Under the pieces are notes generated by a model that did no database searches, was not told the DNA's origin, and saw nothing but the letters and a program-made list of their open reading frames with translations. The translations under genes and the position numbers were made by a program. Shown in pieces: positions 37,150-47,989 of a stretch of 64,000 nucleotides of DNA (positions within the stretch are counted from its first letter, which is position 1; every line of letters starts with the position of its first letter). Where the stretch lies: assembly GCA_026770705.1 (NCBI GenBank), contig JANJGN010000052.1, forward strand, positions 434,001 through 498,000, in the 5' to 3' direction. Source of the DNA: Isurus oxyrinchus (Eukaryota).

Positions 37150-38220
37150 AGGAGGATTCACATATAACAGAGGTGCCAAGCTGCTGAGGTGACACACAGG
37201 ACTACATACACACCAAACAGCGGAAACAACATGCTATAGACAGAGCAAAGCGATCCCACAACCAACGGGTCAGATCTAAGCTCTGCAGTCCTGCCACATC
37301 CAGTCATGAATGGTGATGGACAATTAAAGATCTAACAGGAGGAGGATGTTCCACAAATATCCCCATCCTTAACGATGGGGGAGCTCAGCACATCAGTGCA
37401 AACGACAAGGCTGAAGCTTTGGCAACCATGTTCAGCCAGAAGTGCTGAGTGGATGCTCCATCTCGGCCTCCTCCAGAGGGTCCCAGCATCACAGATGTCA
37501 GCTTTCAGACAATTCAATTGACTCCACGTGACATCAGGAATCAGCTGATGATACTGGATACAGCAAAGGCTATTGGCCCTGGCAACAACCCAGCAACTGG
37601 AAATAATGTGGCTACAAGAGCGGGTAAGAGGCTGGGAACTCTGTGGTGAGTAACTCACCTCCTGACTCCCCAAAGCCTGTCCACCATCGGACAAGGCACA
37701 AGTCAGGAGTCTGATGGAATAATCTCCACTTGGCTGGATGAGTGCAGCTCCAACAACACTCAAGAAGCTTGACACCATCCAGGAGCAGCTTGTTTGATCG
37801 ACAGCCCATCCACCAGCATAAACATTCATACCCTCCACCACTGGCACACAGTGGCAGCAGTGTGCATCATCTACAAGATGCACTGCAGCAACTCACCAAG
37901 GCTCCTTCGACAGCACCTTCCAAACCCTTAACCTCTTCCACCAAGACAGTTCCAAGTCAGTGTGGTGTGTGACTTGGAGGCGAACTTGTGGTGTTGGTCT
38001 TCCATGAGATTTGGAAATATATCGGCCGTACCTTCACCGTCGCTGGGACAAAATCATGGAACTCCCTCCCTAACAGAACTGTGGGTGTACCTACACCACA
38101 TGGACTGCAGTAGTTAAAGAAGGCAGCTCACCACCACCTTGTCAAGGGGCAGTTACAGATGGGCAATAATTTCTGGCCTTGTCAACAATGCCCATATCCC
38201 ATGAGCTAATAAAAAAAGAA
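37150..38220 (+). mobile_element. Non-LTR retrotransposon fragments
   Basis: Same family as 1685-2150, with decayed ORF2 segments. Confidence 0.75.
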
Positions 38221-38242
38221 TGTTCAATTCTGTGTAACTCAC

Positions 38243-38524
38243 GTTCCACAGTGATGGTTATGAACCCCTCCACTGCTCCATGTTCATTCTCTGCCACACA
38301 CTGATAGTCTCCAGTGTCCCTGGATGTAACGTGAGGAATCACCAACCACAGCTCATTGTTGGAACTTGTTCTGTTCATTGGGACATTAAGATGTCGCCAC
38401 GTCAGGTTAGAAGCTGGGAAGCTCTCGACAGAGCAGATTATCACTGCAGAATTCCCCTCAATTATATTGATCGATGAAGCGTTAATCATATCAAGAGAAG
38501 TAATTGAGAGGTTCTGTGGAGCAT
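38243..38524 (-). CDS. Gene C C2-set exon (type b, second copy)
   Basis: 282 nt, phase 1-1, open frame DAPQNLSITS...YQCVAENEHG. Confidence 0.9.
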
Positions 38525-39544
38525 CTAAATACAAATAAAGGTTTCATTGTGAGCAAACACAGTGCACAGCAAGACTCCATGATACATCTCTCTCTATTTG
38601 GTGTCTATGTGCATTTCAAGGTTTCTGTCCAGTTTTAAGTTCCTATGTCAACTTTTATAATGGTCACTGCCGGCGTTTTTCTTTTTGTACATTCATGGGA
38701 AGTGGATGTATCTATCTAGACCAGCATTTATTACCCATCCCTAATAGTCCTTGAGGAGGTGGTGGTGAGTTTTTCACCCCCGCAGAATTCCCAGCCTCTG
38801 ACCGGCTCCTGTAGCCACAGTATTTATTGGCCGGTCCAGTTCGGTGTTTGGTTAACATCCCCCAGGATGTTGATTGTGGGGGATTCAGTGATAGGAAACT
38901 CACTGAACATCAAGGGGAGATGGTTAGATTCTCTCTTGTTGGACATGATCACTGCCTGGTGCTTGTGATGCATTAATTGTCTCAGCCCAAGCTGAGTGTT
39001 GTTCAGCTCTTGCTGCGTGTGGATATGTAAACTGTCATGCTGTAATTACAGCCTTCCACCAGAGGAGACACTGTCGGGCTAGGAGAAAAGAAAATGTCTT
39101 TCACATCATCAGGATGTTCACAGGGATTTGACAGTGGAGGAATTGCTTTAGAATAATGGGGTATTGAGTGATAAACCTACAATTCTCTGTGCAGGGGGCT
39201 GCTCGTCCAATACAGGGTCTTGTTCAGCTGATGTCATCAGTGTTTCAGAGCAGAATCTGGAGCAACACTCCAGTGCAGCACAGGGAGAACAGACAACTCA
39301 CACATGTCTGTGTGTGTGTTTGCAAGCACACGTGTGAATCTGTGTATGTTTCCTTCTGCGTGTGAGCATGCAGGTGTACACACCTGTGCACATGTGGGAT
39401 TGCGNNNNNNNNNNNNNNNNNNNNNNNNNNNNNNNNNNNNNNNNNNNNNNNNNNNNNNNNNNNNNNNNNNNNNNNNNNNNNNNNNNNNNNNNNNNNNNNN
39501 NNNNNNNNNNNNNNNNNNNNNNNNNNNNNNNNNNNNNNNNNNAC

Positions 39545-39826
39545 ATTCCACAGTGATGGTTCTGAATCCCTCCACTGCTCCATGTTCATTCTCTGCCACA
39601 CACTGATAGTCTCCAATGTCCCTGGATGTAACGTGAGGAATCACCAACCACAGCTCATTGTTGGAACTTGTTCTGTTCATTGGGACATTAAGATGTCGCC
39701 ACGTCAGGTTAGAAGCTGGGAAGCTCTCGACAGAGCAGATTATCACTGCAGAATTCCCCTCAATTATATTGATCGATGAAGCATTAATCACATCAAGAGA
39801 AGTAATTGAGAGATTCTGTGGTGCAT
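39545..39826 (-). CDS. Gene C C2-set exon (type b, first copy)
   Basis: 282 nt; GT donor at 39543-39544, right next to the N run. Confidence 0.88.
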
Positions 39827-39959
39827 CTAAAAACAAATAAACATCAATTACGTTACACTGACTGTGAAGCACTTTGAAAGACACTGAGAATGTGAAAGGT
39901 GTGATATCAATATAGGTTCTTTCACCGCAAAGCCCATAATCCAGCCAGACACCTCAGTT

Positions 39960-40650
39960 CAGTACTGAGGGTGTGCTGCACTGTGGGAGGGTCAGTACTG
40001 AGGGAGTGCTGCACTGTCAGAGAGTCAGTACTGAGGGAGTACTGCACCATCAGAGATTCAGTACTGAGGGAGTGCTGAACTGTCAGAGGGTCAGTACTGA
40101 GGGAGTGCTGTACTGTCGGTGGGTAAGTACTGAGGGAGTGCTGCACTGTCAGACAGTCAGTAAGGAGGGAGTGCTGCACTGTCAGAGGTTCAGTACATAG
40201 GGACTGCTGCACTGTCTGATGGTCAGTACAGAGGGGTTGTTGCACTGTCGGAGGGTCAGAAATGAGGATGTGCTGCACTCTCAGAAGGTCAGTACTGAGG
40301 GGGTGCTGCACTGTCGAAGAGTCATTACTGAGGGGGTGCTGCACTGTGGGAGGGTCAATACTGAGGGAGCACTGCACTGTTGAAGGGTCAGTACTGAGGG
40401 AGTGCTGCACTGTCGAAGGGTCAGTAATGAGGGAGTGCTGCACTGTTAGAGGGTCAGTACAGAGGGAGTGCTGCACTGTCAGAGGGTCAGTACTGAGGGA
40501 GCACTGCACTGTTGAAGGGTCAGTACTGAGGGAGTGCTGCACTGTCAAAGGGTCAGTACTGAGGGAGTGCTGCACTGTCAGAGGATCAGTACTGAGGGAG
40601 TGCTGCAGTGTTGGAGAGTCAGTATTCAAGGACTGCTGCAGTGTCAGAGG
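39960..40650. repeat. 33-bp minisatellite array
   Basis: About 21 units of the cagtactgagggagtgctgcactgtc family. Confidence 0.9.
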
Positions 40651-40769
40651 CGGATTTGTATCAGTTAAAGACTATTGATTTGTTGCTAAACACAATGCAG
40701 TTGTGGGATCTTGCAGTGTACTATGAAGAGCATTCTAGCTAATATAGATGGAAGGGTGTCCGTTCTTAC

Positions 40770-41066
40770 CTTGCACAGTTAGTATGAGGGTCTTTTCCGA
40801 TGACACAGATGGATATCTCACTCTGCAGCTGAGAGTGTGTCCGTGGTGTTTGAGTGATGGGATCAGGGTCAGAACACAAGTATAGGTCAGAGTGACACCA
40901 TGCTGAGTTACAGTGTTTGAGACTGATCCAGGTACGTCAGTGGGAGTGTCCCAGGTTAAGACAGGTGCTGCTGTTCCATTGCACGTTGTGTTGAAGGTGC
41001 AGCTTACATCCACACGCTTTCCTGCAATAATTTCAGCAGGGAATATCGTGGGTTTATCTGTGAAAT
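40770..41066 (-). CDS. Gene C Siglec domain-2 C2-set exon (type a)
   Basis: 297 nt; as 11933-12229 but with a Ser-to-Cys change (YTCVLTL). Confidence 0.92.
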
Positions 41067-41437
41067 CTAACAGACATGGAATGGATCCTTTTAGAGAAAT
41101 ATAATGTGAAGCATCAGTTCAAATAGAAACCACAGTCCCATAACAGAAAGCACTTTTACAAGGATGATATCAGAACTGAGATGTTTTAACGATCCTGATA
41201 GACTGTTAGACACGATTCGAGAGATCGATGGGAGTGGAATACATTTAATCATTGATATTAAAGTGAGTTTTAAATGTTGCTTTAGGACTGAACTGGAAGC
41301 TATCACCAGGTTATTGAGAATCAGACAGTGTGTTATAATAAGCTGTGTTTTGTGTTAATATGTAAACGTCACAGTTTGTGTTATTTCCCATTGAGTGTTG
41401 AATGTGAATTGTTGAGTAATTATAACACAGCACTTAC

Positions 41438-41806
41438 CAGAAACGTGAAGCTGGGTTACAGGGTAATAGTTATGGCTCGGACCATTGTCAAATTCTATTC
41501 TGAAAAAATAAGGTCCTGCATCTTCCCGTCTGATGTTGTTTATAATCAGGGAACAGTCGCCATCTTTCGGGTCTCCAGACAGCCGGGTCCGATGGTGGAA
41601 CCGTGGTAACTCGTGACTGTGATCCTTGGAGTGAAAGGCAATGGGAGCCCAGGGAATCTGTTTCTCATTATTAAACCAGACTCCACCTCGCGGTTGGTGT
41701 TGCAGACACGATGGATAACTGTAATGACATGGAATCTGTACACACGAACCTTCCTGTGCTGTCACCTCTCGTGGAGTGTCACCTTTCCACTCTTGTGAGG
41801 GTTCAG
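41438..41806 (-). CDS. Gene C second V-set exon (intact)
   Basis: 369 nt; CVQIPCHYSYPSC, DCSL, YFFRIE. Confidence 0.92.
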
Positions 41807-42099
41807 CTGGGGAGAGAAATCTCAATATTGAACTCTGGATGGTTTGTGGATCCACTGAACCCGATATTTACAGATGAGGCTGAATTGGGGGGATGGTCAA
41901 TACTGAGGAGGACTGCAACAAATTACAGGAAGATATACATTCTGATGAAGAGTCATACAGACTCGAAACATTAACTCTGTCTTCCTCTCCACAGATACTG
42001 TCAGACCTGCTGAGTTTTTCCTGCAGTTTTTGTTTTAGTTACAGATTTCCAACAGCTGCAGAATTTTGCTTTTACATTACAGAATGATATTAATAAACT

Positions 42100-42740
42100 T
42101 GCAGAATGGGCAGGTCATTGACAAATGAGTTTCTACGTTAATAAATGTGAGGCATTACATTTTGTTCAGGAAAATGAGGAGCTTGTATCTTACCTCGAAA
42201 ATAAGAATCTAATTGGGGTAGAGGAACAACGTGATCTGGGCCGGAAATACAGGAATCAGTAAACGTGGGGACGCAGGTTAACAAGGGAATTAAACAATCA
42301 AACTAAACACTCGAGATTATTTCTCCAGGGATTGAATTGAAAAGTAGAGAAGTGATGTGAAACTTGTCCTGATCCTCGGTCTGACTGCACCTGGAGTTAC
42401 GTGTGCAGTTCCAGTCCCCATATTGTAAAAAGGATATGGAGACACTGGAGAGGGTGGTAAAAAGCTTCACAAGGATGATCTCAGCAATGTGAGGCTTTAC
42501 CTATCAGGAGAGGCTGAACAGGCTGGGTCTCTGTTCTCTTGAACAGAGAAGGTTGAGGGGTGACCTCATTTGACCTTTGAAGTAATGAAAGGTTTTGATC
42601 GAGTAGACATGGAGAGAGTGTTTCCACTCCTCACAATGAACAAAACCAGAGGCTGACAATATAACATCCTCACTAATAAATCCAATGGGGAATTCAGAAG
42701 AAAATTATTTTCCCAGAGACTGGGGAGAATGTGTACTTAA
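42100..42740 (+). mobile_element. Decayed CR1 fragment
   Basis: RLNRLGLCSLEQRRLRGDLI-like segment. Confidence 0.75.
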
Positions 42741-43463
42741 AGAATCACTTCATTGGCTGTGAATCAGTTTAGGATCGTCCTGAGGTGGTGAAAGGCGCTA
42801 TGGAAACGTGAGACTTGCTTTTGTATTTTGAAAGCAGGTTTCCAAGATTGAGATGGGAACTGAGAGGTAACAACAATCAGCAGCAACTTTCCTATTTTCA
42901 AACTTGGTGGGGAATGTGTCACTGAGCTGAATACACTTTCACTCCCAGACCCTTGAATTGCCAACACTGGGGTGTGGGTGATGGAGCAGCCCACAGCTCA
43001 TGGAACCCTGGCTCATCATTCTCTCAGAGATCTGGGTCACTGATCCCATTGCTCTCTGTGGGAGCTTCCTGTGAACAAACTCACTGCCACGTTAGACAGT
43101 GACTATACTTCAAGAATTTCTTCATTGTCTGTGAAGTGATTTGGTACGTGGTGAAAGGTGCTTTAGAAATGCAAGTCTTTACTTTGTCGATTTGCCAGAC
43201 TTTTAAATAGGGATTAGAGAGTTCTATGGGAGTGGATAACCTGATAACATTGATGGACACAGTCAACACATTTAACCATTGATATTAAAGTGAGTATTAG
43301 ACGTTGCTTTAGGACTGAATTGGAAGCTATCACCAGGTTATTGAGATCAGACAGTGTGTTATAATAAGCTGTGTTTTGTGTTAATATGTAAACGTCACAG
43401 TTTGTGTTATTTCCCACTGAGTGTTGAATGTGAATTGTTGAGTAATTATAACACAGCACTTAC

Positions 43464-43832
43464 CAGAAACGTGAAGCTGGGTTACAGGGTAATAGTTATG
43501 GCTCGGACCATTGTCAAATTCTATTCTGAAAAAATAAGGTCCTGCATCTTCCCGTCTGATGTTTTTTATAATCAGGGAACAGTCGTCATCTTTCAGGTCT
43601 CCAGACAGCCGGGTCCGATGGTGGAACCGTGGTAACTCGTGACTGTGATCCTTGGAGTGAAAGGCAATGGGAGCCCAGGGAATCAGTTTCTCATTATTAA
43701 ACCAGACTCCACCTCGTGGTTGGCTTTCCAAATGTGCTGGATAACTGTAATGACATGGAATCTGTACACACGAACCTTCCTGCGCTGTCACCTCTCGTGG
43801 AGTGTCACCTTTCCACTCTTGTGACAGTCCAA
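43464..43832 (-). CDS. Gene C first V-set exon (intact)
   Basis: 369 nt; CVQIPCHYSYPAH, DCSL, YFFRIE. Confidence 0.92.
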
Positions 43833-45189
43833 CTGGGGAGAGAAATATCAATATTTAACTCTGGATGTTTTTTCGATCCATAATTCTTGATATCCACTCC
43901 CTCCATCACTGGGGCACAGTGGCTGCAGTTTGGACCATCTACAGGACACACAAGTAACTCCCCAAGGTTTCACAATGGATCGATGAGAGTCCTGGACACA
44001 GGAGTGGACAAATTCATTCTACCTTGGCTCCTGGTCCTCAGGACTCTATTTAGTTTTTTCAAATTATTCATTCATGGGATTTATTACCCATCCCATGTCC
44101 ATCAGAGGCATTTAATAGTCAACCACATTGCGGTGGGATTGGAGTGACATGTAGGCCACACTGGGTAAGGGTGGCAGATTTCCTTCCCTGAAGGTGATCA
44201 GTGAACCAGGCTTTTTAATCCCATTCATCTGCCATGATGGAATTCACACCCAGGGCCCCAGAGCATCACCCTGGGCCTCTGGAATACTAGCCCAGTGACA
44301 ATACCTCTCTGCTACCGCTTCCCCTTAGTGAAGCCAGTCTTCTACCCAACACAGTGTCTACAAGACGCACTATTTGAGATCCATTCAATGCTGATTTACA
44401 AGACAGGACAATGGATTAGGAGCCCTCAGAACTCCCCCCATTATCACCGTCATGAATCACTAATTAGCCTAACATTCCTGTCTGCTCTTCAACACAGCTG
44501 ATTGAATCAGATTAGCCAATCTGATTGGTGTTCATTCCCTCTTCAACTTTTAAGGAATCACCAATCACTCGGCCTCTAGTTATTCTCCTGCCCACAAGAG
44601 GGAACATTCTCTGTCTACCCAGTCAATCAAAACCTTCATCTAATCCTAGTGGTGCTTGAGTATATAGTCGGGAATCCAGGGCAATGGAGCCTCAGGAGAA
44701 GAGATGGAAACCCTGTGAGGTGGAACGTCACTGAGGCCATCCGAGTTGAAGCAACTTTTGGAGAGAATTCCAAGGCAAGATCTTCGAAGTTGAAGACTGG
44801 AATCCCTCATGAGAGAAACAGAGTTTCAGTGAGATTGGTTGACTGACAGTGTTCACTGATGTCCGGGTGGGTTGTTGTGAAATCCATGGGCTCTATCTTG
44901 GTTGCGTTTACAATTTAATGAGTAATGTGGCTGTGAGACCACAGTTTGTCTGTTAATTCACATGAGCTAATGTTAATCCAGAATGTTAGGGTATAAGGTG
45001 GATATTGTAAATTATTTTATCTTTCTGAGCTGGTGCAGTCAAGTTTATTTTTGTTTGTTTAAAATCCATGGAATTTTGTAGCTTTATTCTCTTCGCAAGT
45101 GTCTTAACTCTCAAACCTCGTCTACTTGAAACAAAATATTATTGGTTCCTAACTATAAATTTTCAAAAAAATTGGGTGTCTGTTCCTCC

Positions 45190-46390
45190 ATCAGCAACTC
45201 TTCAGAATCCTGCTGAAGTCACGGATATTTCAGAAGGACAGGGAACAAGAAGTTTCTGGTATCAGCGTTTTGTGTGGGGCCCAGTTCAGTTTGAACAAAT
45301 AAACAACACCATCTTTGAAAGTCATGAACCCACCACAGCGGCACCTCCGACACATGCAGAGCTCAGGCGAGAGGCGCTTTGTTAGTGTGTTTCACAGTGT
45401 CTGCTGGAGTAGGGTCAGTGCTGAGAGGGTCTGCTCAAGGATCATAACAACCTGCACTTGCACCTTCCAAGTAATAAGATTTTGTAAATGTATTCATTCA
45501 TGGGATGTGGGCGTCGCTGCCAAGGCCAGCATTTGCTGCCCATCTCTAATGTCCCGTGACATAATCTCTGTAGCAGAGTAGAGACAATCATGATCACTCA
45601 GGATATTTGACATCTATCCACATGAGCAGCTTTACCTTCCTTCTCTCTTTCAGTTATCTTACTCCCTTATTGAAGTTTCTAGCATGGTGAGAACTGGATG
45701 GTTTGCTCGGACATTTCAGAGGAACCACGTTGCTATGAGTCTGGAGTCACATGTAGGCCAGACCAGATATAGACGGCAGATTTCCTTCCCTAAAGGCCAT
45801 TAGTGAACCAGATGGGTGTGTATGACAATCGATGATAGTTTCATGGTCTCCATTACTGAGACTAACTCCCATTAGTGTAAACAGAGTGAACAGTTTTCCA
45901 TTGATCCCACCTTTCCCGTTCTCTCCGGTATTTTACACACTATTGCTCGATAATTTGATTCTGCCAAGGACCCCTTGGAAAATTATGGACACCAGTTAGA
46001 CAACCGATGGAATAAGGAATCTCTTTGGATCCTCATTGTCTAAGGAATCTCTTTGGATCCTCATTGTCAAAGGGATTATTTCTGATCCAAACCCCATATT
46101 GTTGTATTGTTGATTCCGATGCAGCATTGTAGACTGACTTGTCCCCAAGCTCAGCACTGACCCTACTCCAGCTGACACTGTGAAACACACTAACAAAGTG
46201 CCTCTAGCCTGAGCTCTGCATGAGTCGGAGGTGCTGCTGTGGTGGGTTCATGACTTTCAAAGATGGTGTTGTCATTTTTTTTGTTCCAACTGAACTGGGC
46301 CCCACATGAAGTGTTGATACCAAAAACCTTGTGTTCCCTGTCCTTCTGAAACATCTGTGATTCAGCAGGATTCTGAAGATTTGCTGATAA
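45190..46390. repeat. Long imperfect inverted repeat (arms ~45190-45425 and ~46150-46390)
   Basis: The same peptide NTIFESHEPTTAAPPTHAELR.EALC is read on plus (ending 45385) and on minus (ending 46190). Confidence 0.85.
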
Positions 46391-47260
46391 GGGTCTTAAA
46401 TTGTCTGATTGTTGATTGATACAACACAGGAGGAGCTCATGTGACCCATTGTGCATGTGCTGATTCTTTCCCAATTCCTCTCCAACACCTTTCGCACATT
46501 CCTGCAAATTTCCCTTCAAGAATTTATCCAGTTCCCCTTCTGAAAGTTCCTGTTGAATCTGCTTCCACCGCTCTTTCAGGCAGTGAGGCAATGGTCTCTC
46601 TCTGAGCTGCAAAGTGCCCAGATTCCGTGAAATTTAAACTATGCAGCAGATCAGAGACACTCATGATAACTAAGAATATTTGTCACCTTTACACACAGAC
46701 AGTTTTGCCTTTCTTCTCTCTTTCAGTTATCTTGCTCCCTTATTGAAGTATCTAGCATGGTGAGAATGGACAGGAAGTGTGACACTGAACAGCCTGTCTA
46801 TTCTAGGAGCTGCTGTGCTGTCTTCATGGGCAATTTTGAATAAAGGCAGCAAAGGATACAAATTTCAGGCCATTGCTATCGGAGACCTAACATTAGGATA
46901 GACTTGATCCCCCAGTTTTTATCCGTGCTTCTCTACTCAACCCATCACTCCCCATCGCTCACTGACCAACGTCTGACAGCACCTGAATTTTAAGATTCTG
47001 CTCTCGCTGCTACAAACCTGCCTATCCCTGTACACTCCTCCAGCCCCTACAACTCTCCAAGACCTCTGGTCTCCTCCAATTCTGCTGTCAGACAGGGAGT
47101 CAGTGTATATCAGTGAGCACAGGGGTGATGGGTGAATGGGACTTGGTGTGAGTTTGTACACTGGATCACTGCTGAATCAGTTCCCTATCACAGCTCAATA
47201 AGAATGATCTTTTACAAAGACTATTAACCATAAATCTGTCCGAGCTGACAATGGTATTAC

Positions 47261-47300
47261 CTTGGAGAAGTGACAGGAGGAAGTAAGATTTCCCGATCAT
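47261..47300 (-). CDS. Gene C signal peptide exon
   Basis: MIGKSYFLLSLLQ+G, donor gtaata. Confidence 0.85.
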
Positions 47301-47750
47301 TGTCCACTCCCAGATATTTCCTCAGCTTCTAACTCTGAAGTTCTGAAAGAGAAAGGAGTTAATGAGACTTTGCCTCTTGTCCGAATGCTCTCGAGAGATC
47401 AGAACTGCTTTTAGACAATATCTTCACAGACAAATTTGATTCTCTGTGGGATGATAGGTGCTCTGCAGAGAGATACAAGGCTTTAAGAAAGAAAAACAAT
47501 GAAGGACTTGCATTTCTATAGCACCTTTCACCACCTCAGGATGTCCCCAAGCTCATGTCGCTGCTCTTCCCTCATCCCTTGAGCTAGAAAGATGTTCTGT
47601 ACAACAGACTTGAGCCTCACACCCAGATCTCAATAATCAGTAGAAATCTTTCAAAGGCATCAATCATTGGAATCTGTCTTTATAAAGTCACAACATCAAC
47701 AAAGGACGGTGTTGGTCGTGGAAGTGAATTCCAATTGTTCCGTTACTTAC

Positions 47751-47892
47751 CCAGGACCTGTCCGACTGCTCGCCTGGGGAGGAACTGCCCACACACTCTG
47801 CTTGGGCTGAATGACCTCTTCCTGTGCTGATCCATCTGTGTATTTAATTAGAAAGAGCTGATGTGTCACTGTGAGACAAAATGAGGAAGTTG
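47751..47892 (-). promoter_or_regulatory. Promoter and non-coding exon 1 of gene C
   Basis: gtaagt donor at 47751; AAAATGAGGAAGT at 47878-47890. Confidence 0.6.
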
Positions 47893-47989
47893 GAACAAAG
47901 TGAGTGAACAGCACTTTGCTGTGCACTGTCAGTAAACCCTGTGTCTGTATAAGAATATAAGAACAGAACAAGTAGGATCAGCTGGACAC

